From: Thermoplasmatota archaeon
GTDB taxonomy: Archaea; Thermoplasmatota; E2; JACPAO01; JAHFTW01
Direction: 5' to 3'
Assembly: GCA_041600695.1 (NCBI GenBank)
Contig: JBFIJP010000003.1
Span: 1 to 34,707 of the forward strand
Length of the DNA stretch: 34,707 nucleotides
A program made the position numbers and the translations under genes. The notes beneath the pieces are model-generated. The model was not told where the DNA came from and searched no databases. It saw only the letters and a list, made by a program, of their open reading frames with translations. How positions within the stretch are numbered: the first letter of the stretch is position 1; each line of letters begins with the position of its first letter. This document shows positions 1 to 8,635 of the stretch, piece after piece.

Positions 1-188
1 CCCGGCTACTGGGCCTAGGCAGGGGGCGAACGATGAACAACGGGTGACCTTCGGCAGGACTTGGGTGCTAGCCATTTTTGGTAAGCAAGAATTGAGCCTT
101 CCCCTCGTGTGCGTCCGGCCACCCGTCGAGGATGTCGCGTGGGAGTTGCGCCTATTGAAGTCTTGGGGTCGGCCGGCCACCACGGTGA

Positions 189-644
189 GCGGCCTCCGTT
201 GACGCTGACACCTGCGCACCCGGCAGCGATTGCTTACGCCGCTTCAATGACAGGGACGTGGTTCTGATGCTTGTGCACCAATCGCATCCCGGATCATCCG
301 TCGCGCGCGCATTTGATCGCGGAGTGAATGCCGTGCAACTCCGGGGGTACGCGGCAATGCAGACCAAGAACGTCGATGCCACCCGAGAGTACCGGCTGGG
401 AGCCCACGAATTGGGTCATCTCTTTGCCGGCGACCACGACCTAGCTGGCGCCGCCAGCTATGGGTGGTGCTACGGACTCTACGTTCAACGGTACACGCTG
501 ATGAAAGACTCGGCCCTCTGCCGGGTCAACCAATTCACCGGCTGGGCCAACAGCTACAACATCCATCACAATGCCTACCGAATTCGATGGTGCGTGGATT
601 ACAACGGATTCTGTGACGAAGTAAATGTACCCGATATTGACTAG
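189..644 (+). pseudogene. 5'-truncated paralogue (catalytic C-terminal part) of the metzincin peptidase at 1491-2753
   Basis: Translation aligns by eye with the C-terminus of 1491-2753 (RDVVL..MQTxNVDATREYxLxAHExGH..YTxMKDSAxCRVN..RIRWCVDxNxxCDExxVPD). There is an in-frame TGA at 186-188, and no signal peptide or prodomain upstream. Zinc motif is HELGHLFAGDHD. Confidence 0.75.
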
Positions 645-652
645 CGTGCATC

Positions 653-1057
653 ATGTCCACGACTACCCGCCGCCCATGGTCGCTAGCGGCATTCCTCGTG
701 CTAGCGAATGCCGTGGCCGGTTGCCTAACCGATTGTCCATTCCCCCAGCCTTGGGAGATCAAGATCCACAACTCTTCGGCCGAAGACGCAACCGTTCACA
801 TGCTTATCGAGGATATGGCCGGCAACGTCGTGCTGAACGCGACTATCTTCGTGGAAGGCAGCACTGGCCCGCACCATCCCTCGGGCCAGGCGACCGCGCC
901 GGCTACGACGTTCGAAGACGGCAATCGGTACCGCATCTTCGTTGAGGCCTCGGATGGGCGGGCGGATGCAGGGGCGTTTTACGCGGACTGCAGCGAGGGG
1001 CGCCCAGACATCATCCTCGCCGATGACCGCATCAGCATCGGCTACGACGCCGTGTGA
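653..1057 (+). CDS. small lipoprotein of unknown function, paralogue of 2766-3161
   Basis: Signal peptide with lipobox-like AVAGC; shares DCxFPQPWEI and ADCSxGxPxIxxxDDxISIGYxxV with 2766-3161. Confidence 0.8.
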   Translation: MSTTTRRPWSLAAFLVLANAVAGCLTDCPFPQPWEIKIHNSSAEDATVHMLIEDMAGNVVLNATIFVEGSTGPHHPSGQATAPATTFEDGNRYRIFVEASDGRADAGAFYADCSEGRPDIILADDRISIGYDAV

Positions 1058-1094
1058 CGCGGTGCCTGGCGCCGGAGCCCGCCGGGATTCGCGT

Positions 1095-1363
1095 CTAGGC
1101 AGCCGCGGCCGTGTCCCGGGAAGCCTTCGCGCTGCGAGCCCGCCGCTCTTCCCGACTCGGCACCTTCACGTCCCGCACGAGCCCGAGAGCCCGCAGGACG
1201 ACGAGGATGTACCGTCCGATGTCGAATTGGTACCAGCGGTGTCCAAGGTAGGCGCTGTTGGGGAAGGCGTGGTGGTTGTTGTGCCAGCCTTCGCCGAATC
1301 CCAGGACGCCGAAGATGGCGTTGTTGCGGGCCACGTCCGGGGAGGCGTAGGGGCGGGTGCCCC
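1095..1363 (-). pseudogene. orphan 3' fragment of the acyl-CoA desaturase gene (third His box and C-terminus)
   Basis: GTRPY...GEGWHNNHHAFP...SREERRARSAKA is nearly identical to the end of 3210-4154; homology stops abruptly at about 1363. Confidence 0.85.
1126..1363. repeat. ~240 bp direct repeat, copy 1 (copy 2 at 3241-3478)
   Basis: Near-identical DNA; about 1135-1241 matches 3250-3356 exactly by eye, with mismatches increasing towards the ends. Confidence 0.9.
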
Positions 1364-1458
1364 TTGGTGAGTCCAGCCCTTCCACCAGGCAAGGCCGGTG
1401 GGTGAACAGGTGTGCGTATCAGCTCCAACTAGAACAGGCCTCGGCGTGTTCGCCGCCA

Positions 1459-1477
1459 TTCAATACCGGGGGGGGGG
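1459..1477 (+). promoter_or_regulatory. putative TATA-like box (TTCAATA) followed by a G10 tract upstream of the peptidase
   Basis: TTCAATA at 1459-1465 lies 25 nt before ATG 1491; ten G at 1468-1477. Confidence 0.5.
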
Positions 1478-1490
1478 CGTTCCACACTTC

Positions 1491-2753
1491 ATGGCCACTC
1501 TGCGCCAAATCCTTCCGCTAGCCATCGCGTGTCTCCTGTCTCTGTCCCCGTTGCTGGGCGTCGCCGGCCAAGGCGACGAACCCCCGGACTACTTCGACTC
1601 AACGGCGGCGCAAATGCAAAAACCAGATGTTCCAATGCCAGATCCCACGTATGTGGCAGCTTGGCTGGACCCCGCATCCATCCTAGCCGACGCCTTGGAT
1701 GGCGAACTAACGTTCGCCATCGGAAGCAATTCCTTCACATTTTCAGCCACCGAAGTCGAGCTATTTGCCCCCGGATGGCGTGCCATCAGGACCGACGACG
1801 AAGGTACGATCGTTGAAGAAACAGACGAGGCTGACATCCATCCCTTCAGACTGACGACCTCGGATTTTCCAGACCTGATTTCATCACTGACCGTCGGCCC
1901 CGGATTCATCGGAGCCAACCTTTCTCCCAACCCGTGCACTACTCTTTCTCTAGAAACCGTCGAATCCGCCGAAGAGCTAGTCAAGGTCAACGTCGCGATT
2001 TGGGGCCCGCCGGTGGAAACCCCTTGCGTGGACGCACTGCCCGCCAGACCGGGACAATCGGGTGGAGCGGCTGGCCAAGGCGCGGCCGATCCGCCGGACG
2101 GACCTTCGGCGGCATCGCATACGATCAGCTATATCGAGATCTTGATAGATGGCGACCACAATTTCTACGAAGCCCATCCTTCGACCTGGGCCAGCTACCA
2201 GGTTAATTTGATCAACACGGCTCAGAACCAGATTTACAGCCCCGACTTGAACGTTCAGTTCTTGATTACGTACCAGTTCGTCGGGCGTGCCATTGGCACC
2301 GACACTGCGTGCGGCGCACGAGAACAGACCGCGGACTTCTGGAGGCAATATCCCGGCTATCATCGTGATGTGGTTCTTTTGCTCGCAGACCAGCCCTTTA
2401 CGACCGGATCGGTAGGTTGCGCTTGGTTCCGCGGGGTCGCAGACCCAATCCAAGACGCGTATGCCGTCATGCAAACATGGAACGTGGACGCCACACGTGA
2501 GTACAAGCTTGCAGCCCACGAGGTTGGACACGTTTTCGGCGGGCATCATGACGCAGCCATATCTGTCGGAGCTGGCTGGTGCTACCTCGGATATTGGACC
2601 CACTACACAATCATGAAGGATTCCGCCACCTGTCGCGTCAACTCGTTTAGCGGATGGACGTACAGCTACAACGACTACCACAACTCCCACCGCATTCGTT
2701 GGTGCGTAGACTTCAACTACCTTTGCGACGAGTTCCACGTGCCAGACCTCTAG
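1491..2753 (+). CDS. secreted zinc metallopeptidase, metzincin clan (M12B/reprolysin-like)
   Basis: Signal peptide (MATLRQILPLAIACLLSLSPLLGVAG), acidic prodomain, IEILIDGD strand, HEVGHVFGGHHD = HExxHxxGxxHD, Met-turn TIMK. Confidence 0.85.
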   Translation: MATLRQILPLAIACLLSLSPLLGVAGQGDEPPDYFDSTAAQMQKPDVPMPDPTYVAAWLDPASILADALDGELTFAIGSNSFTFSATEVELFAPGWRAIRTDDEGTIVEETDEADIHPFRLTTSDFPDLISSLTVGPGFIGANLSPNPCTTLSLETVESAEELVKVNVAIWGPPVETPCVDALPARPGQSGGAAGQGAADPPDGPSAASHTISYIEILIDGDHNFYEAHPSTWASYQVNLINTAQNQIYSPDLNVQFLITYQFVGRAIGTDTACGAREQTADFWRQYPGYHRDVVLLLADQPFTTGSVGCAWFRGVADPIQDAYAVMQTWNVDATREYKLAAHEVGHVFGGHHDAAISVGAGWCYLGYWTHYTIMKDSATCRVNSFSGWTYSYNDYHNSHRIRWCVDFNYLCDEFHVPDL

Positions 2754-2765
2754 GGACGTCTCCGT

Positions 2766-3161
2766 ATGAAACCCAGAAGTGCATGCCCCGTGATCGTCGC
2801 CTTGCTCCTGGCGGCCACCCCGGGGTGCTTTGAGGACTGTGCGTTCCCGCAGCCATGGGAGATTCGGATCACGAACCTCGTTCCCCAGGAGCAAGTGCTG
2901 TCTTTGCAAGCGACCGACTCGACAGGCACAATTGTGTGGATAGCTAACGTGACTGTTCCCGCCCAACGTTTCGACCCGGGGCCACCGGGTAAGGCCTCGG
3001 CGCCGCCACTGCACCTCGAGGAAGGCGAGCGGTACATTCTGACGGTCAGTGCGTCCGGCGGACGGACGGCCGAAGGGCCGATGCGGGCGGATTGCAGCCA
3101 CGGCCTGCCCGGCATCACGGTATCCGACGATGCCATTTCGATCGGCTATAATGTGGTCTAA
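2766..3161 (+). CDS. small lipoprotein of unknown function
   Basis: Lipobox-like LLAATPGC; starts 12 nt after the peptidase stop; paralogue of 653-1057. Confidence 0.8.
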   Translation: MKPRSACPVIVALLLAATPGCFEDCAFPQPWEIRITNLVPQEQVLSLQATDSTGTIVWIANVTVPAQRFDPGPPGKASAPPLHLEEGERYILTVSASGGRTAEGPMRADCSHGLPGITVSDDAISIGYNVV

Positions 3162-3209
3162 CCCGCACGGTGGCGAGATGTGGTTGACCCCAGGAATTCG
3201 CGCGGGCGG

Positions 3210-4154
3210 CTAGCCGCTCGCCGTCGTCCCGGCGGCAGCTTTCGCGCTCCGAGCCCGCCGCTCTTCCCGACTCGGCACCTTCACGTCCCGCACGAGCCCG
3301 AGAGCCCGCAGGACGACGAGGATGTACCGTCCGATGTCGAATTGGTACCAGCGGTGGCCGAGGTAGGCGCTGTTGGGGAAGGCGTGGTGGTTGTTGTGCC
3401 AGCCTTCGCCGAAGCCCAGGACGCCGAAGATGACGTTGTTGCGAGCCACATCGGGGCTCCGGTAGGGGCGGGTGCCCCAGGTGTGGCAGATGCTGTTGAT
3501 ACTCCACGTGACGTGGTGCATGACGAAGACGCGCACGACGCCGCCCCAGAGGACCGCCTGCCAGAAGGCACCCCAGGTGCCCATGACTGCCAGCCCGATG
3601 AGGCCGGGCACAATGAACGAGAGGACGATCCACAGCAGTTGGGTGCGTTCGAGGAATCGGACGATGGGGTCCTGCATGAGCTTGGCGTGGGCGGGGCCCT
3701 TGTGGACCAGGTTGCCCTTGGGCAGCCAGCCGAAGTGGGCGTGCCAGAACCCTTCGAGGGGGCTGTGGGGGTCGCCGGGCTGGTCGGCTCGGGCGTGGTG
3801 GCGTCGGTGGGTGGCGGCCCAGGCGGCGGGTCCGCCTTGTAGCGCGGTGACGCCCATCAGGAGCAGGACGAAGCGGACGGGTGCGCTGGCTTTGTAGGCG
3901 CCGTGGGCGAGGAGCCGGTGGAAGCCCAGGGTGATGCCGATGCCTGCGGTGGCCCACAGAGAGAAGAGCAAACCTAGATCGAGCCAGCTGACGTGACTGC
4001 CCCAAAGGCGGACGATGGCGAAGATGGTCAGGGCGAAGGGGATCATGGCCGCCAGGGTGACGGTGATCTTGTGGCCGAGGTGACGGCCGATGAAGGGGTA
4101 CGCGGCGTCCACGGCGTCAGGCCGGGCGTCGTTCGCGTTGGTTGATTCAGACAT
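3210..4154 (-). CDS. delta-9 type acyl-CoA/acyl-lipid fatty acid desaturase
   Basis: Three His boxes (GFHRLLAH, WAATHRRHH, GEGWHNNHH), DPHSP motif, INSICH, transmembrane segments. Confidence 0.93.
   Translation of the reverse strand: MSESTNANDARPDAVDAAYPFIGRHLGHKITVTLAAMIPFALTIFAIVRLWGSHVSWLDLGLLFSLWATAGIGITLGFHRLLAHGAYKASAPVRFVLLLMGVTALQGGPAAWAATHRRHHARADQPGDPHSPLEGFWHAHFGWLPKGNLVHKGPAHAKLMQDPIVRFLERTQLLWIVLSFIVPGLIGLAVMGTWGAFWQAVLWGGVVRVFVMHHVTWSINSICHTWGTRPYRSPDVARNNVIFGVLGFGEGWHNNHHAFPNSAYLGHRWYQFDIGRYILVVLRALGLVRDVKVPSREERRARSAKAAAGTTASG
3241..3478. repeat. ~240 bp direct repeat, copy 2 (inside the intact desaturase 3' end)
   Basis: Matches 1126-1363. Confidence 0.9.
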
Positions 4155-4312
4155 GTTGGACCTCTAGTTGGTGTCGTTTTGGAAGCAAGCGCCTCACGGC
4201 GCACTGCTTTCACCTTAGAAGCACTGAAACGTGGGGGTACCATAAACCCTGTAGTGGAACACGCAACGCCAGGTTGTTCAGCCTGCATCCAGGTGTTCCC
4301 GGAGATACCAGC

Positions 4313-4801
4313 ATGCCCGACCAGACACCCACGGCGGGGCTCAGCAACGCACAGCTCATCGAACGCCTCGACGGCTTTCTTGATCAACTCGCCGAAGGAC
4401 ACCGCAAAACGATGGAGGAAGTCGCCTCCTGGCTGGAGGAGCACGGCAGCCTCGATGACGAAATCCGCACCAACGTGGAGGCGCTCAATCCACTTTTCCA
4501 GAAGTGGAGCTTCGAGATCTGCTTCCTTATCCGGCTGCGGGAACGAATCCGCTTCAATGAACTGAAGGAACAACTGGGCGGCATTGGCAGCCGCACACTC
4601 AGCCAGCGCCTCAAGGAACTGGAGGCGCAGGGACTGGTCAAGCGCGAGGCATTCGCCGAAGTCCCGGTCCGCGTCGAGTACAGCCTAACGCCCAAGGGCC
4701 TCCGCTTTGGCGACCTAATCATGCCCGTCATCGCGCACCTGCGCATCTGGGACATTCGGCATCGGCCCGCAAGGGACCCGGGCCCCCGGGCGAGCCCATA
4801 A
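4313..4801 (+). CDS. HxlR-family winged-helix transcriptional regulator
   Basis: KWS...RFNELKEQLGGIGSRTLSQRLKELEAQGLVKREAFAEVPVRVEYSLTPKG; divergent from the desaturase; ATG at 4313. Confidence 0.9.
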   Translation: MPDQTPTAGLSNAQLIERLDGFLDQLAEGHRKTMEEVASWLEEHGSLDDEIRTNVEALNPLFQKWSFEICFLIRLRERIRFNELKEQLGGIGSRTLSQRLKELEAQGLVKREAFAEVPVRVEYSLTPKGLRFGDLIMPVIAHLRIWDIRHRPARDPGPRASP

Positions 4802-4826
4802 CGCCACCCGGGCCCCAGTTCTCCGG

Positions 4827-6362
4827 GTGACTGGGTGGACGGTCGTTCAGGCGCTCGGTTGTGTGGTCGCCATGGTGGCATCCGGCAGCCTCGGAGCCCC
4901 TGGGCCGGGGCCCTCTGCCGCCTCCCCGCCTGCACGCGCGACCGCCGCCGGAGAAGCGGAGGTCAGCCCGATGCTGGCTTTTTCGTCCTACCTCGGCGGG
5001 TCGGACCGTGAGGAGTTCTTCAAGGGCCTCGCCGTCGACGCCGAGGGCTACATTTACCTCGCCGGCGGCACCCACAGCACCGACTACCCCGTGGCTGCCG
5101 CGTTGCAGGAGGAGCACGCGAGCCCCGGGGTCGAACAGGACATCGTCATCACCAAGCTCACCCCTGACGGCCAGTCAATCGTGTATTCCACCTACCTGGG
5201 GGGCAGCGACCGCGACTATGCCGTCGACATTGACGTTGACGCGGCTGGCAACGTCTACATCGTCGGCAAGACCGACTCGGCTGACTTTCCGGCCGTACGC
5301 CCCATCCAGGATGGGCTTGGCAGCACCGACAGCCCGGATGCTTTCTACGCCAAGCTCGACGCGTCCGGCGAATTTCTTCACTTCTCCTCCATCCTGGGCG
5401 GCGACGAGTACGACATCCTGACCGGCGTCGCCGCCGACAGCCGGGGTGGAATGACCTTCGTTGGCAAGACCCGCTCAACGGACCTTCCCACCACCCGGCG
5501 GGTCCTGCAACCCGAACTCGGCGGAGCTACCGACGCGTTTGCCGGACGCGTCCTGCGCGACGGCACCCTGCGCTACCTGACCTACCTGGGAGGGTCGGGG
5601 TACGACTACGCCCAGGCAATCGACCTGGACGCGCGCGGGCACGCCGTCATCGTGGGGCCCACCAGCAGCCGCGATTTTCCCGTCGTGGCCGGTGCATTCC
5701 AGACCGAAATCCCCACGGCGGGAGGGCCGGCCCAGGACTCCGGTTTCATTACCCACCTGCACCGCAGCGGACGCAGCCTGCTGGCCAGCACCTACTACGG
5801 CGGCAGCAGTGAGGACACGCTCCGGGGCGTCGACATCGGCGCCGATGGCAGCATCTACGTCGTCGGGGACACCAACTCGACCGACCTGAGCGTCCCCGGC
5901 GGCCAGGCCCCGGACGGCGACCGCGACGCCTTCGTAGCCCGGTTCGACGCGCAGGGATCGCTCGCATGGGCTACGGCGTTTGGCGGCAGCGGCCGCGAGT
6001 TCGGCCACGACCTGGCCGTCGGCCCGGCCGGGGAGGTGTACGTCATCGGGCAGACGCGGTCCACGGACCTGCCCGTCGCCAACGCCCCCCAAGGGGCACC
6101 CGCGGGCCTCGACGATGCTTTCCTGGTCGCCCTCGCCGCAGACGGGGCCGTGCAGTGGGCAACCTACCTGGGCGGGTCAGGAATGGACGAGGGCCGGGAG
6201 ATCGCGGCCAACCCGTCGGGGTCAAGCCTGCACGTTGCCGGATTGACGCGGTCCACAGACTTTCCCCTCGCCGACCCCCTCCTGGACCCCTACAGCGGCG
6301 TGCGCCGACCCCGCAACGTCGGCGACGCCTTCGTCGCCAGCCTAGATGTCCACACACCCTAG
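4827..6362 (+). CDS. secreted SBBP (beta-propeller repeat) protein
   Basis: Repeated (Y/F)STYLGGSxxD...GxxYxxGxTxSxDFP units; hydrophobic N-terminus; start uncertain. Confidence 0.88.
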   Translation: MTGWTVVQALGCVVAMVASGSLGAPGPGPSAASPPARATAAGEAEVSPMLAFSSYLGGSDREEFFKGLAVDAEGYIYLAGGTHSTDYPVAAALQEEHASPGVEQDIVITKLTPDGQSIVYSTYLGGSDRDYAVDIDVDAAGNVYIVGKTDSADFPAVRPIQDGLGSTDSPDAFYAKLDASGEFLHFSSILGGDEYDILTGVAADSRGGMTFVGKTRSTDLPTTRRVLQPELGGATDAFAGRVLRDGTLRYLTYLGGSGYDYAQAIDLDARGHAVIVGPTSSRDFPVVAGAFQTEIPTAGGPAQDSGFITHLHRSGRSLLASTYYGGSSEDTLRGVDIGADGSIYVVGDTNSTDLSVPGGQAPDGDRDAFVARFDAQGSLAWATAFGGSGREFGHDLAVGPAGEVYVIGQTRSTDLPVANAPQGAPAGLDDAFLVALAADGAVQWATYLGGSGMDEGREIAANPSGSSLHVAGLTRSTDFPLADPLLDPYSGVRRPRNVGDAFVASLDVHTP

Positions 6363-6485
6363 CCTGGCACCACCGAGCTCGTGAACCGGCGCGTCGGCTG
6401 ACCTCGCGCGGCGCAGCCGACCACCATTGAGCAGGACCTTGGCGACCGGCAACGCCTTTGAAGAGGGACTACCGGTAGGGGCCAC

Positions 6486-8585
6486 GTGGATCGATTGCAG
6501 CGGCTCGCCGTGGGGCTTGTGCTCCTGATGGCGCCCGTCATCCTGGCCGTTCCCGGCGAGGCACATTTGCCGGCGACGCCCGGCCTGGCGCCAACCGGGG
6601 CCGTCACCTTCGAACCGAATCGCGGCCAGGCGCCCGATGACGTTCTCTTTGTTGCCCGCACGCCCAACGGAATCGCACATGTTCTGGCGTCCGGCATCCG
6701 GCTGGGGCTGGAGGGCGAGCCCCTCAACATCCGATTCGACAACGGCCACGCCCGCAGCGCAGTTGGCGAAGACGCCACAGCTACGCTGGTCCATTCGTTG
6801 CGGGGCCAGGACCCGGACGCCTGGACCCACCTGCGCGTCTTCCAATCGGTCCTCTTGGAGGACGTGTACTCGGGCATCGACGTTCGACTGCGCGACGGGG
6901 GCGGACGCATCGAATACGACTTCATTGTGGCCCCTGGCGCGGACCCGGACGAGGCCGTTGTGCGCTTCGGCCCCAACGCAGCGCTCCGCCTGAGCGCCGG
7001 CAGCGGCGACCTGCAAATCCATGTCGCCGGCGGCACCGTCACCCAGGCGGCCCCCGTGGCCTACCAAGAAGATGCCAACGGCCAACTCGCCTTGGTGGAC
7101 GCAGCGTTCAAGCTATTGGGCAGCCAGCGCGTGGGCGTCCAGTTGGGCCCGCACGACCCGGCCAAGACGCTGGTCATCGATCCCGTGGTCGACTTCTCAA
7201 GCTACCTCGGGGGCTCCATCCGGGAAGATTTCTACAAGGGCCTCGCCGTCGACGACGACGGCTACATCTACATGGTGGGCGGCACCCGGAGTTCCGACTT
7301 TCCCACCTCACAGCCGCTCCAGCCGGACCACGGCAGCCCGGAGAGCGCGCTGGATGTGTTCATCACGAAGTTGACCCCGGACGGAAGCAGCGTCGTCTAC
7401 TCGACGTTCCTGGGTGGCAACGACCGGGATTACGCCGTCGATGTCGACATCGATGCGGCGGGCAATGTTTACGTCGTGGGCAAAACCGCCTCCCCTGACT
7501 TCCCGCTCGTGGCACCGACACAGGGCGCCATTGGGAGCCTCGACTGGCCCGATGGTTTCTACGCCAAGCTGGATGCATCCGGGGCGTTCCTGCACTACTC
7601 GTCGTACCTGGGCGGCAGCGACTACGACATCGTGACCGGCGTCGCGGCCGAGTCCCGGGGCGGCATGAGCATCGTGGGCAAGACCCGATCGACCGACGTT
7701 GCAACCACGGCGCGGGCGATGCAGCGCGACATGGCGGGGCATACGGATGCCCTCGCCGCCCGGGTCACCGCCGACGGCGAGCTTCGGTTCCTGACATATC
7801 TGGGGGGCAACGGCTATGACTATGCCCAGGCCGTGGTGCTGGACAAACGGGGACACATGATCCTCGTGGGCCCCAGCGGCAGCCCTGATTTCCCTGTCAG
7901 CCAGGGCGCGTTCCAGGAGGAATTGTCCCAAGACGGCGAGGTCCGCCAGGATTCCGGCTTCATCACGCGCCTCCACCGATCGGGAAGGGGAATCCTACAG
8001 AGTACCTTCTTCGGGGGAACCGATACGGATTTCCTGCGCGGCGTGGACCTTGACGCCCGTGGAAACATCTACGTTGTCGGTGACACCAATTCCACCGACC
8101 TGCCCGTTCTGGGCGGCCCCCAGCAGGCCCTCGCGGGCAGCCGCGATGCGTTTGCCGCGCGCCTGACGCGAAACCTGCAACCCGTATGGTCCACGTATCT
8201 GGGCGGCTCCGAAGCCGACTTCGGGTACGACCTTGCCGTCGGCGCCAACGGCCTGGTTCACATCGTTGGCCAGACCCGGTCCGTGGACCTGCCCGTGGTT
8301 GCGGCCGCGCAGCGGCAGCCGGCGGGCCTCGACGAAGCCTTCGTGGGCACCCTTGACACCCAGTCATCCCGCATCAGGTGGCTGACCTACGTCGGTGGCT
8401 CCGGCATTGACGAAGGCAAGGAGGTTGTCTTGGCACCAGACGGACGGCTGCATGTCGCAGGACTCACCCGCTCCACTGACTTCCCGCTGGTTTCGGCCCT
8501 CATGGACCCCTACCGGGATGACGCCCGGGCGCGCAACCAGGGCGATGCGTTCCTCGCCACCTTCGACCTTCAAAGGGAAGGCTAG
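6486..8585 (+). CDS. secreted SBBP repeat protein with the N-terminal domain typical of this family (FEPNRGQ...YSGID...IEYDFIVAPGADP...LVIDP)
   Basis: Signal peptide, family N-terminal motifs, then SBBP repeats collinear with 4827-6362. Confidence 0.9.
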   Translation: MDRLQRLAVGLVLLMAPVILAVPGEAHLPATPGLAPTGAVTFEPNRGQAPDDVLFVARTPNGIAHVLASGIRLGLEGEPLNIRFDNGHARSAVGEDATATLVHSLRGQDPDAWTHLRVFQSVLLEDVYSGIDVRLRDGGGRIEYDFIVAPGADPDEAVVRFGPNAALRLSAGSGDLQIHVAGGTVTQAAPVAYQEDANGQLALVDAAFKLLGSQRVGVQLGPHDPAKTLVIDPVVDFSSYLGGSIREDFYKGLAVDDDGYIYMVGGTRSSDFPTSQPLQPDHGSPESALDVFITKLTPDGSSVVYSTFLGGNDRDYAVDVDIDAAGNVYVVGKTASPDFPLVAPTQGAIGSLDWPDGFYAKLDASGAFLHYSSYLGGSDYDIVTGVAAESRGGMSIVGKTRSTDVATTARAMQRDMAGHTDALAARVTADGELRFLTYLGGNGYDYAQAVVLDKRGHMILVGPSGSPDFPVSQGAFQEELSQDGEVRQDSGFITRLHRSGRGILQSTFFGGTDTDFLRGVDLDARGNIYVVGDTNSTDLPVLGGPQQALAGSRDAFAARLTRNLQPVWSTYLGGSEADFGYDLAVGANGLVHIVGQTRSVDLPVVAAAQRQPAGLDEAFVGTLDTQSSRIRWLTYVGGSGIDEGKEVVLAPDGRLHVAGLTRSTDFPLVSALMDPYRDDARARNQGDAFLATFDLQREG

Positions 8586-8635
8586 AGACGCGGGGTGCGA
8601 CGGCCACCGGGGTACCGGGGGCCGCCGCGTTTCTA
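8583..8635. terminator. imperfect inverted repeat between convergent genes
   Basis: TAGAGACGCGG...CCGCGTTTCTA outer stem with inner GGCCACCGG/CCGGGGGCC stem; includes both stop codons. Confidence 0.5.

Noticed and set aside
1-76. Possible minus-strand gene start (MASTQVLPK...) running off the window
   Set aside because: Only about 25 codons are visible, which is too little to support a call.
1126-3478. Prophage, IS or integrative element bounded by att repeats
   Set aside because: No integrase, transposase or terminal inverted repeats, and the cargo is itself duplicated; treated as a recombinational cassette duplication instead.
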